The notes beneath the pieces are model-generated. The model searched no databases, was not told the origin of the DNA, and worked only from the letters and a program-made list of their open reading frames with translations. From Escherichia phage EscoHU1, in the sequence record NC_133119.1: a DNA stretch of 64,000 bases, one strand, 5' to 3'. Numbering within the stretch: the stretch's first letter is position 1; each line of letters begins with the position of its first letter. Positions 1 through 10,049 of this stretch are shown piece by piece. The position numbers were made by a program, and so were the translations under genes.

Positions 1-61
1 GCCCAGAGGTTCCCTAGATGAGAATGAGTCTCATTACCGCCCCGGTACTTAGCAAGCTAAT

Positions 62-96
62 AGTCACACCATGTTATCATTACACAGTGTGACTAT
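62..96. other. Hairpin at window left edge (8-bp stem AGTCACAC/GTGTGACT, 15-nt loop) followed by T-run on plus strand
   Basis: Inverted repeat read directly; function unknown. Confidence 0.3.
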
Positions 97-110
97 TTTA
101 TTTTTAATTG

Positions 111-845
111 TTAGGCAACTTTTAATTTATCAATGAATTGTTGCGGCGTGGTACTATATTCCGCGCGTTCTTCCTCGGTCATACCTTCCCAACACATTTT
201 TAAACGTTCGGCTAGGAATTGATAATCGTTATCATCATCTAACGATTCATCAATAAAGGTTTCACCGATCAATGTTACCCCGATTGATAGGATATCGTTA
301 ACGGCTTGAGCGTCCAGCGTTTTAAATCCAGCATTTGCCGCCGCCGATAATACACCTTTATGATCATCAATCATTGTAAAATCAGCGTTCGGGTATAGCT
401 GTTTAAACAGTTCAAAGTAATAAGATTTATATACAGCGTCTTTGCTGTGGTATATTTCGCTAACCTTATCCGCATCAAAGTATTTATGCAAAGTATCGCG
501 GGAAAATACGCGAATATTACTATTTCCGCGCCCTCTTAGACTTTGTTTACGCAAGAAATAATAATCAGATTTACCCATTAAGCGAGCGGTACAAATAAGG
601 TTTAAGGTATTGGGATCATTCATACATTGGCGCATATATTCAACCAATGGTAATAAGGAATCCTGCATAATTAATTCATGTTTGCAGGCTTCGCGGGAAT
701 ACTTAACTAAATCTAAATTCCCGTTATCGTCAAAGCAAGGCGCTACACGATGGAAAGAATTTATAATCGTTCCGTCTAAATCCCAAATCATAACGCGGGA
801 AATATGCGGGAAAGTGTGGGTAATATTCATGTTGACTTGATTCAT
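111..845 (-). CDS. dmp: 5'-deoxyribonucleotidase (HAD-family phosphatase), T5 dmp-like
   Basis: 244 aa ORF; HAD motif IWDLDGTI near N-terminus; size and leftmost position match T5 dmp. Confidence 0.75.
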   Translation of the reverse strand: MNQVNMNITHTFPHISRVMIWDLDGTIINSFHRVAPCFDDNGNLDLVKYSREACKHELIMQDSLLPLVEYMRQCMNDPNTLNLICTARLMGKSDYYFLRKQSLRGRGNSNIRVFSRDTLHKYFDADKVSEIYHSKDAVYKSYYFELFKQLYPNADFTMIDDHKGVLSAAANAGFKTLDAQAVNDILSIGVTLIGETFIDESLDDDNDYQFLAERLKMCWEGMTEEERAEYSTTPQQFIDKLKVA

Positions 846-932
846 TTGTTACATTCTCCATTTAAGGGATTTAGGTTAATTCAATCTTGCCAGCTAATTA
901 TATTAGATTAGCTGGCAATGTTCAATTAACTA

Positions 933-1325
933 TTAGAACGCCAGACCAAAAGCGAGAGCATCGGCGATAAAGCTAAGATCTTCACCATGTACACTAGAGC
1001 GAATCCCCGCGCAAGTGTAAACCATCGCGCTAGCTTCGGGATTGCAAACCGGACACGGCTTAACAACCGCAAACGCTAGACCGGATTTAAGCGCATCAAT
1101 AATAATTGTTTGCACTGTCAAAGTATCAGCGTAAACGCCTTTTGCTTTTGTATGGCTTGCCACTTTGCCGGTATCATAAGCAAAGGTAGTAACCTGCAAA
1201 GCGTCGTTATAATTCAGCAAATCAAAATTAACTTGCCCCGCTTCGACGTGGTAACGTTCGCCATTAGAATAAACTAGAACGATGGAAGAAGTAGCACGAT
1301 CAAAAGGAATGTTTTGGTTTTTCAT
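933..1325 (-). CDS. hypothetical pre-early protein
   Basis: 130 aa ORF, no overlap. Confidence 0.5.
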   Translation of the reverse strand: MKNQNIPFDRATSSIVLVYSNGERYHVEAGQVNFDLLNYNDALQVTTFAYDTGKVASHTKAKGVYADTLTVQTIIIDALKSGLAFAVVKPCPVCNPEASAMVYTCAGIRSSVHGEDLSFIADALAFGLAF

Positions 1326-1359
1326 GTTTATGACTCCAGATTATTTATATTTACGGGAT

Positions 1360-1638
1360 TTATTGAAAAAATACGTTTAAAGATAAATCAATTTTACGAA
1401 AGTATGTTTCGTCGCCGTCTTTCCTTTCTTGATTAAGGTAATCGCCTGTCATTACCTGAATAGAATCTTTTCCGAAAAAGATCATATTTTCGCCAATATT
1501 ACTATCCCATACGGCATACATTCCCGCGTACATCCCACGGGTAACTAAATAAACGAAACTATCAAAAGACATTTCAGACCATGCAATATCTTCTAAACAA
1601 TTGCTATCGGGGATAGATATATTAATTTTACTAGCCAT
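1360..1638 (-). CDS. hypothetical pre-early protein
   Basis: 92 aa ORF. Confidence 0.45.
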   Translation of the reverse strand: MASKINISIPDSNCLEDIAWSEMSFDSFVYLVTRGMYAGMYAVWDSNIGENMIFFGKDSIQVMTGDYLNQERKDGDETYFRKIDLSLNVFFQ

Positions 1639-1690
1639 TTAATAAACCTTTTATTAATGGCGGTATATTTCAACCGCCGATTAAATTTAA

Positions 1691-3355
1691 TTATGCAAAG
1701 AATTTACCGTTTTTGAAATCAATCAAAGTACGTTGCCCGTTTGCATAGGTAATTAAATGCGTTTGCGTCCAGCTTGACGCGCCCACGTTGTAACCCATAT
1801 CAAGCGACCCCGCCACGCCAGCGGTATAAACGCCGCCGTAAATGCTAGCCGTATGAGTATGACCAGTGTTAAGGCGTCCAAGTTTCTTAAACTGCTTAGG
1901 ATTGCCCCGACTGCCGTTAATGCCATTGTGACCATGTACGCCGCACTCAATGCCAGCGATTTTAAATGACTGGTCAGTAGTCAGGAAAATAGCGTTAAAT
2001 TCGCAACCTGCAACGTTTCTAAGCGCGTAATCTAGCACGTTAAAGGTATCATCCTTTTCAGCAATAGCGGCGTAAATCGCAGCGTTTAGACGGTGATACA
2101 ATTCCGCGTTTGCGGGATCGTCTTTAATGTTAGCGTTACGATCATCAAGCCAGCGTGAAAGAGCTAAATCATGGTTAGATTCCACAATGATTGTTTGAGA
2201 GAAATCACGCTCCATTGATTCTAATACGCGTCCAGTATCGATAAGATCATCAATAACTTTATCACGTCCTGCGGCGTACTGTTTAGCAAGGAATACACCA
2301 CTAGCGCGGTTGTGATGGTTGCGCGATGTAAAATCATGCACATCATGAATAAACTGATATTTAGGCTTGAGAATATCAAGCAAGCTGTTTTCACTAGCCC
2401 ATGATGCAACGGCGCAATCATCATCTAATTTTTCGGCGTGAATATCGCCATATTGCAAGCCTAGAACATGATCGGACGTTTTATAACATCCGGTAGGAGT
2501 AGCGCAAACATTCAAATCATAGAACATTCCGCTTTCATCCATTGTTTCAAGCTGGCGAACGAAAAATTCTCCGTCGTCGTCGAACTCCACCAGCAAAGCG
2601 CCGAAATTATGCAGAGCCTCAGCTTTTTGACCTGCTTTCTGCTGAATGTAGTTTTTAAGCGTAGCCGTTCCGGTTGAATACATACGGCGCACTACTTCAC
2701 CTTTTAACGCTGGCACACTTTCAGCGGTGATTTTAGCGTGACCTATTGCCAGCCCTTCAATATTTAAAGCCGTGGCGGTTTCTGCGAATCCTGAAAGCGG
2801 ATAATCTGCCGTTGGTAAAACGTTAATTTCAGCCATGAAAGCAAAGCGGCGGTTATTCAGGAAAACATTTTTATCGCAGATATATTTATCAAATGCGGGA
2901 TCGTATTTGATTCCTTCTGCACCTTCCCCGTTCTGGAATCCATTTTTATTATAAATGAATTTACTAATCAGCAATTCAGCACCGATATATTCAGCAAATT
3001 TTTCCAGACTTGCTAAAAAGTTTTTATGCGGGAAAGTATTATTTTGAATCGACGTTAGAATAAAACGGCGACCGGATTTAACTTCCCATTGTTCAACGGT
3101 ACTAGAAACAATTCCCGCCGCTTCGGGGCGATCATCATTTTTAATCGCCTTTTCAGCTTTTGCCGCTTTCGGTTTCGCTGGCTTGTTTGCTTCCAGCCAA
3201 TCACAAATCGCGGTTGAATGTTTCGGCGTATCATAAACAGCTTTTGAAATATCGTCGCAAACTTCCAATTTAGTAGCGCGTAAACGCTTACCGTAGAAAT
3301 TAAAATCAGCGGCCATTTTCAAAATTTGAGCTTGTTTTTCTGCGGAAATATTCAT
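1691..3355 (-). CDS. A1: A1-like pre-early protein (calcineurin-like metallophosphoesterase motifs)
   Basis: 554 aa ORF; GDIHAE and ESNHDL motifs; size and position match T5 A1. Confidence 0.7.
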   Translation of the reverse strand: MNISAEKQAQILKMAADFNFYGKRLRATKLEVCDDISKAVYDTPKHSTAICDWLEANKPAKPKAAKAEKAIKNDDRPEAAGIVSSTVEQWEVKSGRRFILTSIQNNTFPHKNFLASLEKFAEYIGAELLISKFIYNKNGFQNGEGAEGIKYDPAFDKYICDKNVFLNNRRFAFMAEINVLPTADYPLSGFAETATALNIEGLAIGHAKITAESVPALKGEVVRRMYSTGTATLKNYIQQKAGQKAEALHNFGALLVEFDDDGEFFVRQLETMDESGMFYDLNVCATPTGCYKTSDHVLGLQYGDIHAEKLDDDCAVASWASENSLLDILKPKYQFIHDVHDFTSRNHHNRASGVFLAKQYAAGRDKVIDDLIDTGRVLESMERDFSQTIIVESNHDLALSRWLDDRNANIKDDPANAELYHRLNAAIYAAIAEKDDTFNVLDYALRNVAGCEFNAIFLTTDQSFKIAGIECGVHGHNGINGSRGNPKQFKKLGRLNTGHTHTASIYGGVYTAGVAGSLDMGYNVGASSWTQTHLITYANGQRTLIDFKNGKFFA

Positions 3356-3463
3356 AACTAAATCAACTCCTATAAAGGGATAAATATTAATACTGGCAAT
3401 ATTGCCAAATATAACGCCTTGCCTGAAGTGAGGACAATTTAAAAGGCGTTATAATTTGCAATA

Positions 3464-3709
3464 TTATTCTAGAATTGGCATAAGACTAGAACTAAACCCG
3501 CAACTAATAGCCAGCGTTAAAAATATAATCGCCAGATATTTTTGTTTATTAGCTTGACGTTTAAACATATCAGCGGCATAAGCTGAATTAATGCCGATAA
3601 TAGAGATTATATATTTGCCGTAATTAAATATAAATATAGCGGCAACTATAAATAAACCTAAAATAAACGCTTCACTAGGAAAGAAAATCATTTTAATAAC
3701 TCCGGTCAA
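3464..3709 (-). CDS. small hydrophobic protein
   Basis: 81 aa ORF with two hydrophobic segments. Confidence 0.4.
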   Translation of the reverse strand: MTGVIKMIFFPSEAFILGLFIVAAIFIFNYGKYIISIIGINSAYAADMFKRQANKQKYLAIIFLTLAISCGFSSSLMPILE

Positions 3710-3720
3710 AGGGAAATTAT

Positions 3721-3740
3721 AGCGGGGAATATTCCCCGCT
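3721..3740. terminator. hairpin AGCGGGGAATATTCCCCGCT between minus-strand genes
   Basis: Perfect palindrome; same motif family as 7003-7023. Confidence 0.4.
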
Positions 3741-3749
3741 AATTAAAAT

Positions 3750-4166
3750 TTATTCACCTGCGGCCTGTTTCACTTCCTCCGCTACGCCTAACAATTGCGC
3801 CACGGCTTCCAGCGTTTCCAGTTTTGCACTTTCCAGACTTGCCAGATCATCAGCGTCTTTAATAACGCCAGCATCAATGGCATGTTTAGCCATAACGCGC
3901 ACATAGTGAGCTTTACGGACACTAGACCCGCCGCCAACTTTACGCGGTTTATCGCTTTTCTGGTACGCTTTTGCGCTTGTCAGTTTAGAACGTACAGACA
4001 CCGGACTAGCAGCGCCAACGGCGGCGGCAATTTCTTTTAAGCCGTCACTATTCGCAAACTCAATCCCGCTTTTAGCGACCATTTCAGAATACATAGAAAC
4101 AGCCTTTTCGGTGTTTTCTTCGTTCCAAGAAAATTTTGCGGTTTTTTCGGTTTTAACGTTAGACAT
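3750..4166 (-). CDS. A2: A2-like pre-early protein
   Basis: 138 aa basic/acidic ORF directly downstream of A1; size matches T5 A2. Confidence 0.55.
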   Translation of the reverse strand: MSNVKTEKTAKFSWNEENTEKAVSMYSEMVAKSGIEFANSDGLKEIAAAVGAASPVSVRSKLTSAKAYQKSDKPRKVGGGSSVRKAHYVRVMAKHAIDAGVIKDADDLASLESAKLETLEAVAQLLGVAEEVKQAAGE

Positions 4167-4266
4167 AATTTAATACTCCATTCAATTATTAATTAAGGGA
4201 TTATGATTAACTAATGTTAATCCATATATTCCCCATATTTCAGGGGAATATAAAAGTAACACTAAT

Positions 4267-4518
4267 TTATGCTATGGCTTGCCATTTATCATCTTTCTGA
4301 ATGACCTTTACAACGTCGCCAGATTTAACACGGACGTTATAAATCGGCTTGCCGTTGTTGCTACGTTCCGTTTCCGCGTAAACCGCTTCGATTTTATCGA
4401 AAGGATCAAGCGCCGCACCTTTGATACGTTCGGCTTTTCCGGTTAATTCATCAGTTTTAGTTACAAAAGGAATGAAAACAGATTGACCTACTTTCGGCGC
4501 GGTAATAACGTTTTGCAT
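4267..4518 (-). CDS. hypothetical protein
   Basis: 83 aa ORF. Confidence 0.45.
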   Translation of the reverse strand: MQNVITAPKVGQSVFIPFVTKTDELTGKAERIKGAALDPFDKIEAVYAETERSNNGKPIYNVRVKSGDVVKVIQKDDKWQAIA

Positions 4519-4682
4519 TTTTAATACTCCGGTTTATTGGGGATTATTCCACAATAGCGCCTCGATACTTTGAAACGCTATTAGATTATAATCCGCTAGG
4601 AGTTAGCCTAAACATTACCGTTATCCAAATTTTTAAAGAGCAGTTACTACGGGGAACATCTTAAAACCTATCGGCTAGCGTG

Positions 4683-4901
4683 TCAAGCGTTTTTTAAACT
4701 TTTTTCGATTTGATGTGAGTTATATAAATCAATCATTATATTACGCCACACCATTTCCAGCCCTTGTTGCTTGCCTTTCTTGTATTGCTTGAATCTGTAT
4801 TTTACAGATCGTTGCGCTACTGTCAACAAATTTTTTGTTCTGCTATCCAGTGGGCTAGCAGGTTTCGCACTAATCACTAAAGCGTTTTTTGATTTGATCA
4901 T
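4683..4901 (-). CDS. hypothetical basic protein
   Basis: 72 aa ORF. Confidence 0.3.
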   Translation of the reverse strand: MIKSKNALVISAKPASPLDSRTKNLLTVAQRSVKYRFKQYKKGKQQGLEMVWRNIMIDLYNSHQIEKSLKNA

Positions 4902-5287
4902 TATCGTCGATTCCTTATATTATATAAGTTTACCGCCGATAGGCTTTAAGATATTCCCTAATTTTTAAAGAGCATGGCGGTAAACTTCCCCGCCGTTGTA
5001 GTCTGGCCTTTCGTTTCCGTCTTGCCGTCCTACGAGATAAATAATAGGTTATTCCCGAAAATGGCGCAAGCATATTTTTGTAAAGAAACGTAAAGAAAAC
5101 CACTACTCGCAAACGTCCAGCGGCGCACTAAATTTAATGAAACGGGCGCGCGAATAACACCAAAACAACCATTTTAGCAAGTAATTTTTTCATTTATATT
5201 TGCTTTGCCCTACTTGACAAAATCTAAAATCCTCGTGGTGAGGTTTTCTCGGTGTACCCCTTATGATTGCCTATCTTTTCCTTTGAG

Positions 5288-5319
5288 GCGCTTAGAATCG
5301 CTTACAGAGCGTTTTAGAC
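5288..5319. repeat. 32-bp repeat copy 1 (GCGCTTAGAATCGCTTACAGAGCGTTTTAGAC)
   Basis: Near-identical copy at 9065-9096. Confidence 0.6.
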
Positions 5320-5647
5320 CCTGTTAATAACTTATACAAAAAGCAAAAATGAAATTTAATGAATTATCCACTTGATTTTTCAAAAAAGTATTTTCTGCTG
5401 TTATTTTTCATTGACAAATAAGTTTAGGCGTGTATCAGACCCTTAGCAGACTAACAATCGCTAGGATGATAATCACGCTGGTGGATTGTAACAGCCGAAA
5501 CAGTTAGCAGACTATTAATACTCTAAAAACCTATTAGCCAACTAACTATTTCATATTATATAATATACTTATAAATTAAAGAGAAATAATAACTATAAGA
5601 AACTATCGGCTAAGTGAGAACCACTATCATTTAGGTTATTCACAAAG

Positions 5648-5656
5648 TTATCCACA
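5648..5656 (+). promoter_or_regulatory. DnaA box TTATCCACA
   Basis: Perfect 9-mer consensus. Confidence 0.5.
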
Positions 5657-5696
5657 GCACAAAATAACTTGACGCAATAGGCGACGTTTTGGCGAC

Positions 5697-5705
5697 TTAT
5701 CCACA
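5697..5705 (+). promoter_or_regulatory. DnaA box TTATCCACA
   Basis: Perfect 9-mer consensus, 49 bp from the first. Confidence 0.5.
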
Positions 5706-5725
5706 GACTTATGTACAGGTTATCC

Positions 5726-5745
5726 TACTGTATAAATATACAGGG
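5726..5745. promoter_or_regulatory. LexA-box-like palindrome (CTGT-N8-ACAG core)
   Basis: TACTGTATAAATATACAGGG; core CTGTATAAATATACAG fits the SOS box. Confidence 0.45.
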
Positions 5746-5992
5746 TAGAATGGTAGCAGTAACAACCGCAATCAAATTTAAGCGGCCTAAAACGCGTTCT
5801 AAGCGGTTTTTCAGCATTACCCCTTATTATAATAAAGCCTTGTGTACGCTTACAGAGAGCTAGAAATAGAAAACGCGCGGTTAGCACAAAAATAGGCAGT
5901 AGGCAAGGAATAAAAAACCTTTTCTTTTTTCTTGCCCCTAGCGAACAAATATCTATATCATTCACTCACCGATTAACGAGGGAGACAAAGAA

Positions 5993-6994
5993 ATGTCTAC
6001 TGTAAGAATTGCAGTACCAACAAACGCAACTATTATTAAAGGTAGTTTGCGCAACCTGCTAGATGGTAGTAGTGCGGCAAGTATTCAGCACACCGCCGCA
6101 ATGGTTGAAAAAATTCACGAGGATATTTTAGATAATAATGATACTCATTATTCAGTCGATGATTTCACGCTATTACTAGACCAGACAAGGGCGCTAGTAA
6201 TTTTCAACCGTGATTATCACATTTTCCGTAATAGTCGTGGAACTGATATTGATTTTATCATTGTTGGTTATAGTGAGTCTCATAATGGTTACATTGCGCG
6301 ATTATATAACGTGCAAGAAAAAGAGCAGGTAACAGCAACAAAAGTAAATAGTATCAGGCTTGATAGTGTCGGGTCGTTATTAAATAGTATCTGGCGCGAA
6401 TTATCGTCAAGCTATAAAGGCGCGGATAGTGACGCAATCGAAACAACTGGCGTATTGTGTTTTGAACGCGCTAGCGGTAACATGTTGATTCCTGACGATT
6501 ATTTAGGGTACGGGAATGAATCAAACGTTGCAAACGCTGGATTTACATTAAAACCGCTTGACAACGTAGCAAAACAGGCTGTAGAATCTCAAACTTCAAG
6601 CGCAAATGCGCAAACTACTGAAAATAAAGGAAATATTATGTCTAAAGTATCTTCTATCGTTGCTGCTAATAAATCCGCCGTTGTAAACGCTGCTAAATTG
6701 GAAGCGGGTAAAATTGCACTGACTCAAATCACAAAAGTAGCGGCGAAAAAAGCGCCGTTTATGATTAAAGGGTATATTGATACGCCGATTGGTCGCGTAG
6801 TGATCGCTAACCTGCTGAGTGTAGCGGTTGACCAGTACGCCCCGACTAATGCGAAAGCGAAAGCGGTAGCAGGCGCGGCAATGGAAGCGGCAATGTTGGA
6901 AATGGTACAGAGTTTCAATATTGCGGAAATGATCGATGAAATGGTAAAAGGTATTGACATTTCTACTTTTACCAATAACACCGAAAGCGAGTAA
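5993..6994 (+). CDS. hypothetical protein (plus-strand gene in terminal-repeat region)
   Basis: 333 aa ORF; GAGGGAGA RBS 8 nt upstream of ATG. Confidence 0.55.
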   Translation: MSTVRIAVPTNATIIKGSLRNLLDGSSAASIQHTAAMVEKIHEDILDNNDTHYSVDDFTLLLDQTRALVIFNRDYHIFRNSRGTDIDFIIVGYSESHNGYIARLYNVQEKEQVTATKVNSIRLDSVGSLLNSIWRELSSSYKGADSDAIETTGVLCFERASGNMLIPDDYLGYGNESNVANAGFTLKPLDNVAKQAVESQTSSANAQTTENKGNIMSKVSSIVAANKSAVVNAAKLEAGKIALTQITKVAAKKAPFMIKGYIDTPIGRVVIANLLSVAVDQYAPTNAKAKAVAGAAMEAAMLEMVQSFNIAEMIDEMVKGIDISTFTNNTESE

Positions 6995-7002
6995 TAATAA
7001 CT

Positions 7003-7023
7003 AGCGGGGATTATTTCCCCGCT
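7003..7023 (+). terminator. rho-independent terminator
   Basis: AGCGGGGA-TTATT-TCCCCGCT hairpin then TTTACTATTT. Confidence 0.55.
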
Positions 7024-7059
7024 TTACTATTTCCCTGCTAATTAATAGGAGACTAATTA

Positions 7060-7554
7060 ATGTCAGAAGAAAAATATGGCTTTTCGCTAGAAAGTGTGAA
7101 TGAAGCTAAACACGATATGATCGTTTTAGTTGATTGTCATACTGGTTATTGCGGGGAGGGCTGGACGGAAGAACATTTTGTTCCCGCTGGCTGTGATCTG
7201 GATGCTTTCGCAAACGAACACGCATATGATAATGCTTCTCGTTTCGGTAGCGATGGGGAAGAAGATGAAGAAACAGGGGAATGGATTGAAAATGATAATG
7301 TATATGCGAGTCTTTATCATTATCAATTGAGTAAGTCCGGTACTTATGTAAATGGCGGCGATCCTATTAATATCGTTATGAAACTAATTATTAAACACGG
7401 TGGCGCGGAAATAATTGGTAACAAGGCGTTATTATACGCAAACCGATTAAAACAGCTTGTTTATATTCCTGATAATTCCCGTTGGGATGAATATGCCGTT
7501 TTACAGAAAGAATTAAAACGCTGTTTCGGCGTGGAAGCATTAGAAATAGTCTAA
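7060..7554 (+). CDS. hypothetical acidic protein
   Basis: 164 aa ORF. Confidence 0.5.
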   Translation: MSEEKYGFSLESVNEAKHDMIVLVDCHTGYCGEGWTEEHFVPAGCDLDAFANEHAYDNASRFGSDGEEDEETGEWIENDNVYASLYHYQLSKSGTYVNGGDPINIVMKLIIKHGGAEIIGNKALLYANRLKQLVYIPDNSRWDEYAVLQKELKRCFGVEALEIV

Positions 7555-7663
7555 TGTAAAGTTTTGTAAAGGTCGCTTTAATCGGCGGCCTTTTTTGTTA
7601 TAATGCCTTTACACCGAAACGGTGGATTGAAAATTTTCCCAAAATTTTTTGGAGGCGTTAAAA

Positions 7664-7894
7664 ATGGTTGCTTTCTCTTCTTCTGACTCTCTTTTCACTG
7701 GTAAAGGTTGGGTATCTAATCGCTGGATCATTGATCAAATGGTTTCGGAATTTGGGATAGGTAAAACTTATGTTACTATTCAGGCGCTTTATGATAATGA
7801 TCAGATTGACCAGCAAACCGCCGGATTTTTGCTGGACACGTTGAAATCAGAACATTGCACCAAAAAGCAAGCGGCAAAAATCGTTTTAATGTAA
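7664..7894 (+). CDS. hypothetical protein
   Basis: ATG preceded by GGAGG; start trimmed from track ORF 7649. Confidence 0.45.
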   Translation: MVAFSSSDSLFTGKGWVSNRWIIDQMVSEFGIGKTYVTIQALYDNDQIDQQTAGFLLDTLKSEHCTKKQAAKIVLM

Positions 7895-7947
7895 TTAATA
7901 ACGGGGCGTTACTTTCGCCCCTCATTCCCTAACTAGGAGTTAAGCAA

Positions 7948-8160
7948 ATGTTAAAGAATGTTTCCCTTGCCCGTTCTAAAGGTTTTAAGCTGGTGGATGT
8001 TAACACGTTCGAGCGTCCAGATTGTAAAATCGAATATGTAGCACGCAACAAAAACGCTTTCCGTGTTACAGAAAAGAAATTTGACAAGCGCGGAAATTTG
8101 GTAGCCGAAACGGTTAAACACTTTGCCACCTTTTACGCTGCGTTTCGTGGGGTGTTATGA
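7948..8160 (+). CDS. hypothetical protein
   Basis: 70 aa ORF with AGGAG RBS. Confidence 0.45.
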   Translation: MLKNVSLARSKGFKLVDVNTFERPDCKIEYVARNKNAFRVTEKKFDKRGNLVAETVKHFATFYAAFRGVL

Positions 8161-8269
8161 GATCCTTATATATTGCTCTAGCGTTTGCTACCGTTGGCGT
8201 TGTATGTTCCGTCGCCGCATTTGTTTTAAAAATGTACCTGATATTTTCCCAGCTTTAGGAGCTTGACAA

Positions 8270-8617
8270 ATGGTTATTTACGAGGGCAATCGTTTTGTTG
8301 CTAATTGCCGTCCGGCATTATTAGCAAACTATTTAAATCAGCTTTCACCAGTTTATAAAGGTGTGGTTAATATCTATGAAGGCAAAGCACATTATAAAAT
8401 TTCTGCCGTTGTCGCTCGCGAGCTTGCCTTTCAGTTTCTTACTTTTAACTCATGCGATATTCAGGTTATGGGTGAGTCATTAGTAGCAGAAAATGAAAAT
8501 GAATTTATTGACATTTTCCGCAAAGTATGTACCGAGCGCCTGATTATGAAAGGCGCATATATTCAATCAACCGCTGATAGTATTGAAACAGCGTTTCGAA
8601 AAATTGCATATGAATAG
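8270..8617 (+). CDS. hypothetical protein
   Basis: 115 aa ORF with AGGAG RBS. Confidence 0.5.
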   Translation: MVIYEGNRFVANCRPALLANYLNQLSPVYKGVVNIYEGKAHYKISAVVARELAFQFLTFNSCDIQVMGESLVAENENEFIDIFRKVCTERLIMKGAYIQSTADSIETAFRKIAYE

Positions 8618-8740
8618 CTGGTGGCGTAAAACGCAAAGTCACAAATCTAATAATACCGCTGGGAAACATTCCCAGCGTTTACGATTTGGTAATGGCTTCA
8701 CAATGATATTGATAATCATTCTCATTCTAGGAGCAATGGC

Positions 8741-8980
8741 ATGGCTGTAAGAATTTTACGATATGTAGAACGTAAAGAAACCGATATTATGCAGCATCAT
8801 TTAACTGATGCGCAATATGCGCAATTTTTAGAAATGCAGAAAAGCGGAGCTAGTACGGCGGCGCTAGGGGCGTGGATCAATTCAGTTTCAATATGTACGC
8901 ATTTTGATTCATACGGATATACGCCAGCCGAAACCGTCCAGATCTTTGACGACTACGAGAAGGAATACATAGCAGACTAA
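8741..8980 (+). CDS. hypothetical protein
   Basis: 79 aa ORF with AGGAG RBS. Confidence 0.45.
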   Translation: MAVRILRYVERKETDIMQHHLTDAQYAQFLEMQKSGASTAALGAWINSVSICTHFDSYGYTPAETVQIFDDYEKEYIAD

Positions 8981-8986
8981 TAATAA

Positions 8987-9008
8987 CGGGGCGCAACTAC
9001 CGGCCCCG
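8987..9008 (+). terminator. rho-independent terminator
   Basis: CGGGGC-loop-GCCCCG hairpin then CCTTTTCT. Confidence 0.55.
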
Positions 9009-9064
9009 CCTTTTCTGGCCTTCCTCAAATTTCCCCTTGTAAAATACCTCCTCCAAAAATAAAC

Positions 9065-9096
9065 GCGTTAGAATGCGTTACAGAGCGTTTTAGAGC
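9065..9096. repeat. 32-bp repeat copy 2
   Basis: Matches 5288-5319. Confidence 0.6.
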
Positions 9097-9124
9097 TATA
9101 TTAGAGCTATTCACTACACAGGAA

Positions 9125-9144
9125 TACTGTATAAATATACAGTA
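9125..9144. promoter_or_regulatory. LexA-box-like palindrome TACTGTATAAATATACAGTA
   Basis: 20-mer one base from E. coli SOS-box consensus TACTGTATATATATACAGTA. Confidence 0.5.
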
Positions 9145-9152
9145 GAATAACC

Positions 9153-9173
9153 TGTTGATAAGTCTGTTGATAA
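9153..9173 (-). promoter_or_regulatory. tandem DnaA-box-like 9-mers (TTATCAACA x2)
   Basis: TGTTGATAAGTCTGTTGATAA on plus strand; one mismatch to consensus each. Confidence 0.4.
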
Positions 9174-9264
9174 CGCCTCAAAATCGCTAGGATTTTGTCA
9201 GGTCAAATCGTGCTGTTAATAAACCTGTGAATAAATTAAATAACAGTGTTTCTCACTTCACTTT

Positions 9265-9415
9265 GTAAATGCGAGTCATTCTCGTTATCATTCGCGTTTC
9301 CCTTCCTAAATGCAAATCATTCTCATTCGTATTCCGGTAGTCAAATGATAACCATTCTCATTCGCATTCAACTTCTCAAATGCGAATCAATCTCATTATC
9401 ATTCGCATTTTGGCA
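9265..9415. repeat. about 4 direct repeats (~38 bp unit, AAATGCGAATCATTCTCATT...CATTCGC)
   Basis: Units start near 9269, 9310, 9343, 9381; each has internal TGCGAAT/ATTCGCA inverted repeat. Confidence 0.6.
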
Positions 9416-9447
9416 GGCAGGGCATTTTCATTTTGCCCTGCGCTTTT

Positions 9448-10049
9448 GTGCAAATCCGACATTTGCCCCCACGGATTACGTGCCAGCGTGCATGTGCGAA
9501 TCCGACAATTTTTGGTAGTGTGCAAATCCGATGGCAAATATTTTTTATATGTGCGAATCCGACAATGAATTTTCCTAAAAACTCCAGCAATCACGAGTGC
9601 GGCTCGATTCCTGTGGAATTAGCTAGAATATGCGCAGAACCGACAAGCGTTAAGGTGTGCGAATCCGACAAGATTTTTGTGACTTCGATGAGAGGGTGTG
9701 TAATTGTGTGAGTTTGTGGGAGAGTTGATGCAGCGAGAGAAAATTAGAGGAGAAACTGGAGGGTGCAGCTGTGGTGGCGTGAAACGCCTGGTTTGCTGCG
9801 TTTTTGGGGATAATGTGGGATGTTTTGGGATAATTGGGCATGGAGCGAGATAAAGTGAAATTTTATTAGCAAAATGGGGCAAAATCGCTTGACAAGTGAA
9901 AATTCCTGTGGCTCTAAAAACTCAGGCAAACATGGGCCTTCGGCCCGAAATAATGCTGCTATTTTCAGTGTTCATAAAAACTTTGGAGACTCCTATCAAT
10001 GTGCAAATCCGACCATAAATTTCTAGAAACACAGTGTGCAAATCCGACA
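9448..10049. repeat. iteron array: 14-mer GTGCRAATCCGACA in at least 8 copies (presumed first-step-transfer / injection-stop region)
   Basis: Copies at 9448, 9494, 9519, 9551, 9633 (variant), 9657, 10001, 10036; irregular spacing. Confidence 0.65.

Noticed and set aside
610-840. 76-aa plus-strand ORF
   Set aside because: Antisense within the dmp gene, which has a clear HAD motif.
5720-5965. 81-aa minus-strand ORF in the regulatory region
   Set aside because: Covers the LexA-like palindrome and lies in ORF-poor regulatory DNA; no RBS.
9246-9929. Several overlapping 60-92 aa ORFs on both strands within the repeat array
   Set aside because: They fall on iterons and direct repeats, overlap each other in multiple frames, lack ribosome-binding sites and have repeat-driven composition.
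9448-10049. Possible CRISPR array (repeated 14-mer)
   Set aside because: Repeat unit is too short and variable, spacing is irregular, no cas genes nearby; better explained as protein-binding iterons.
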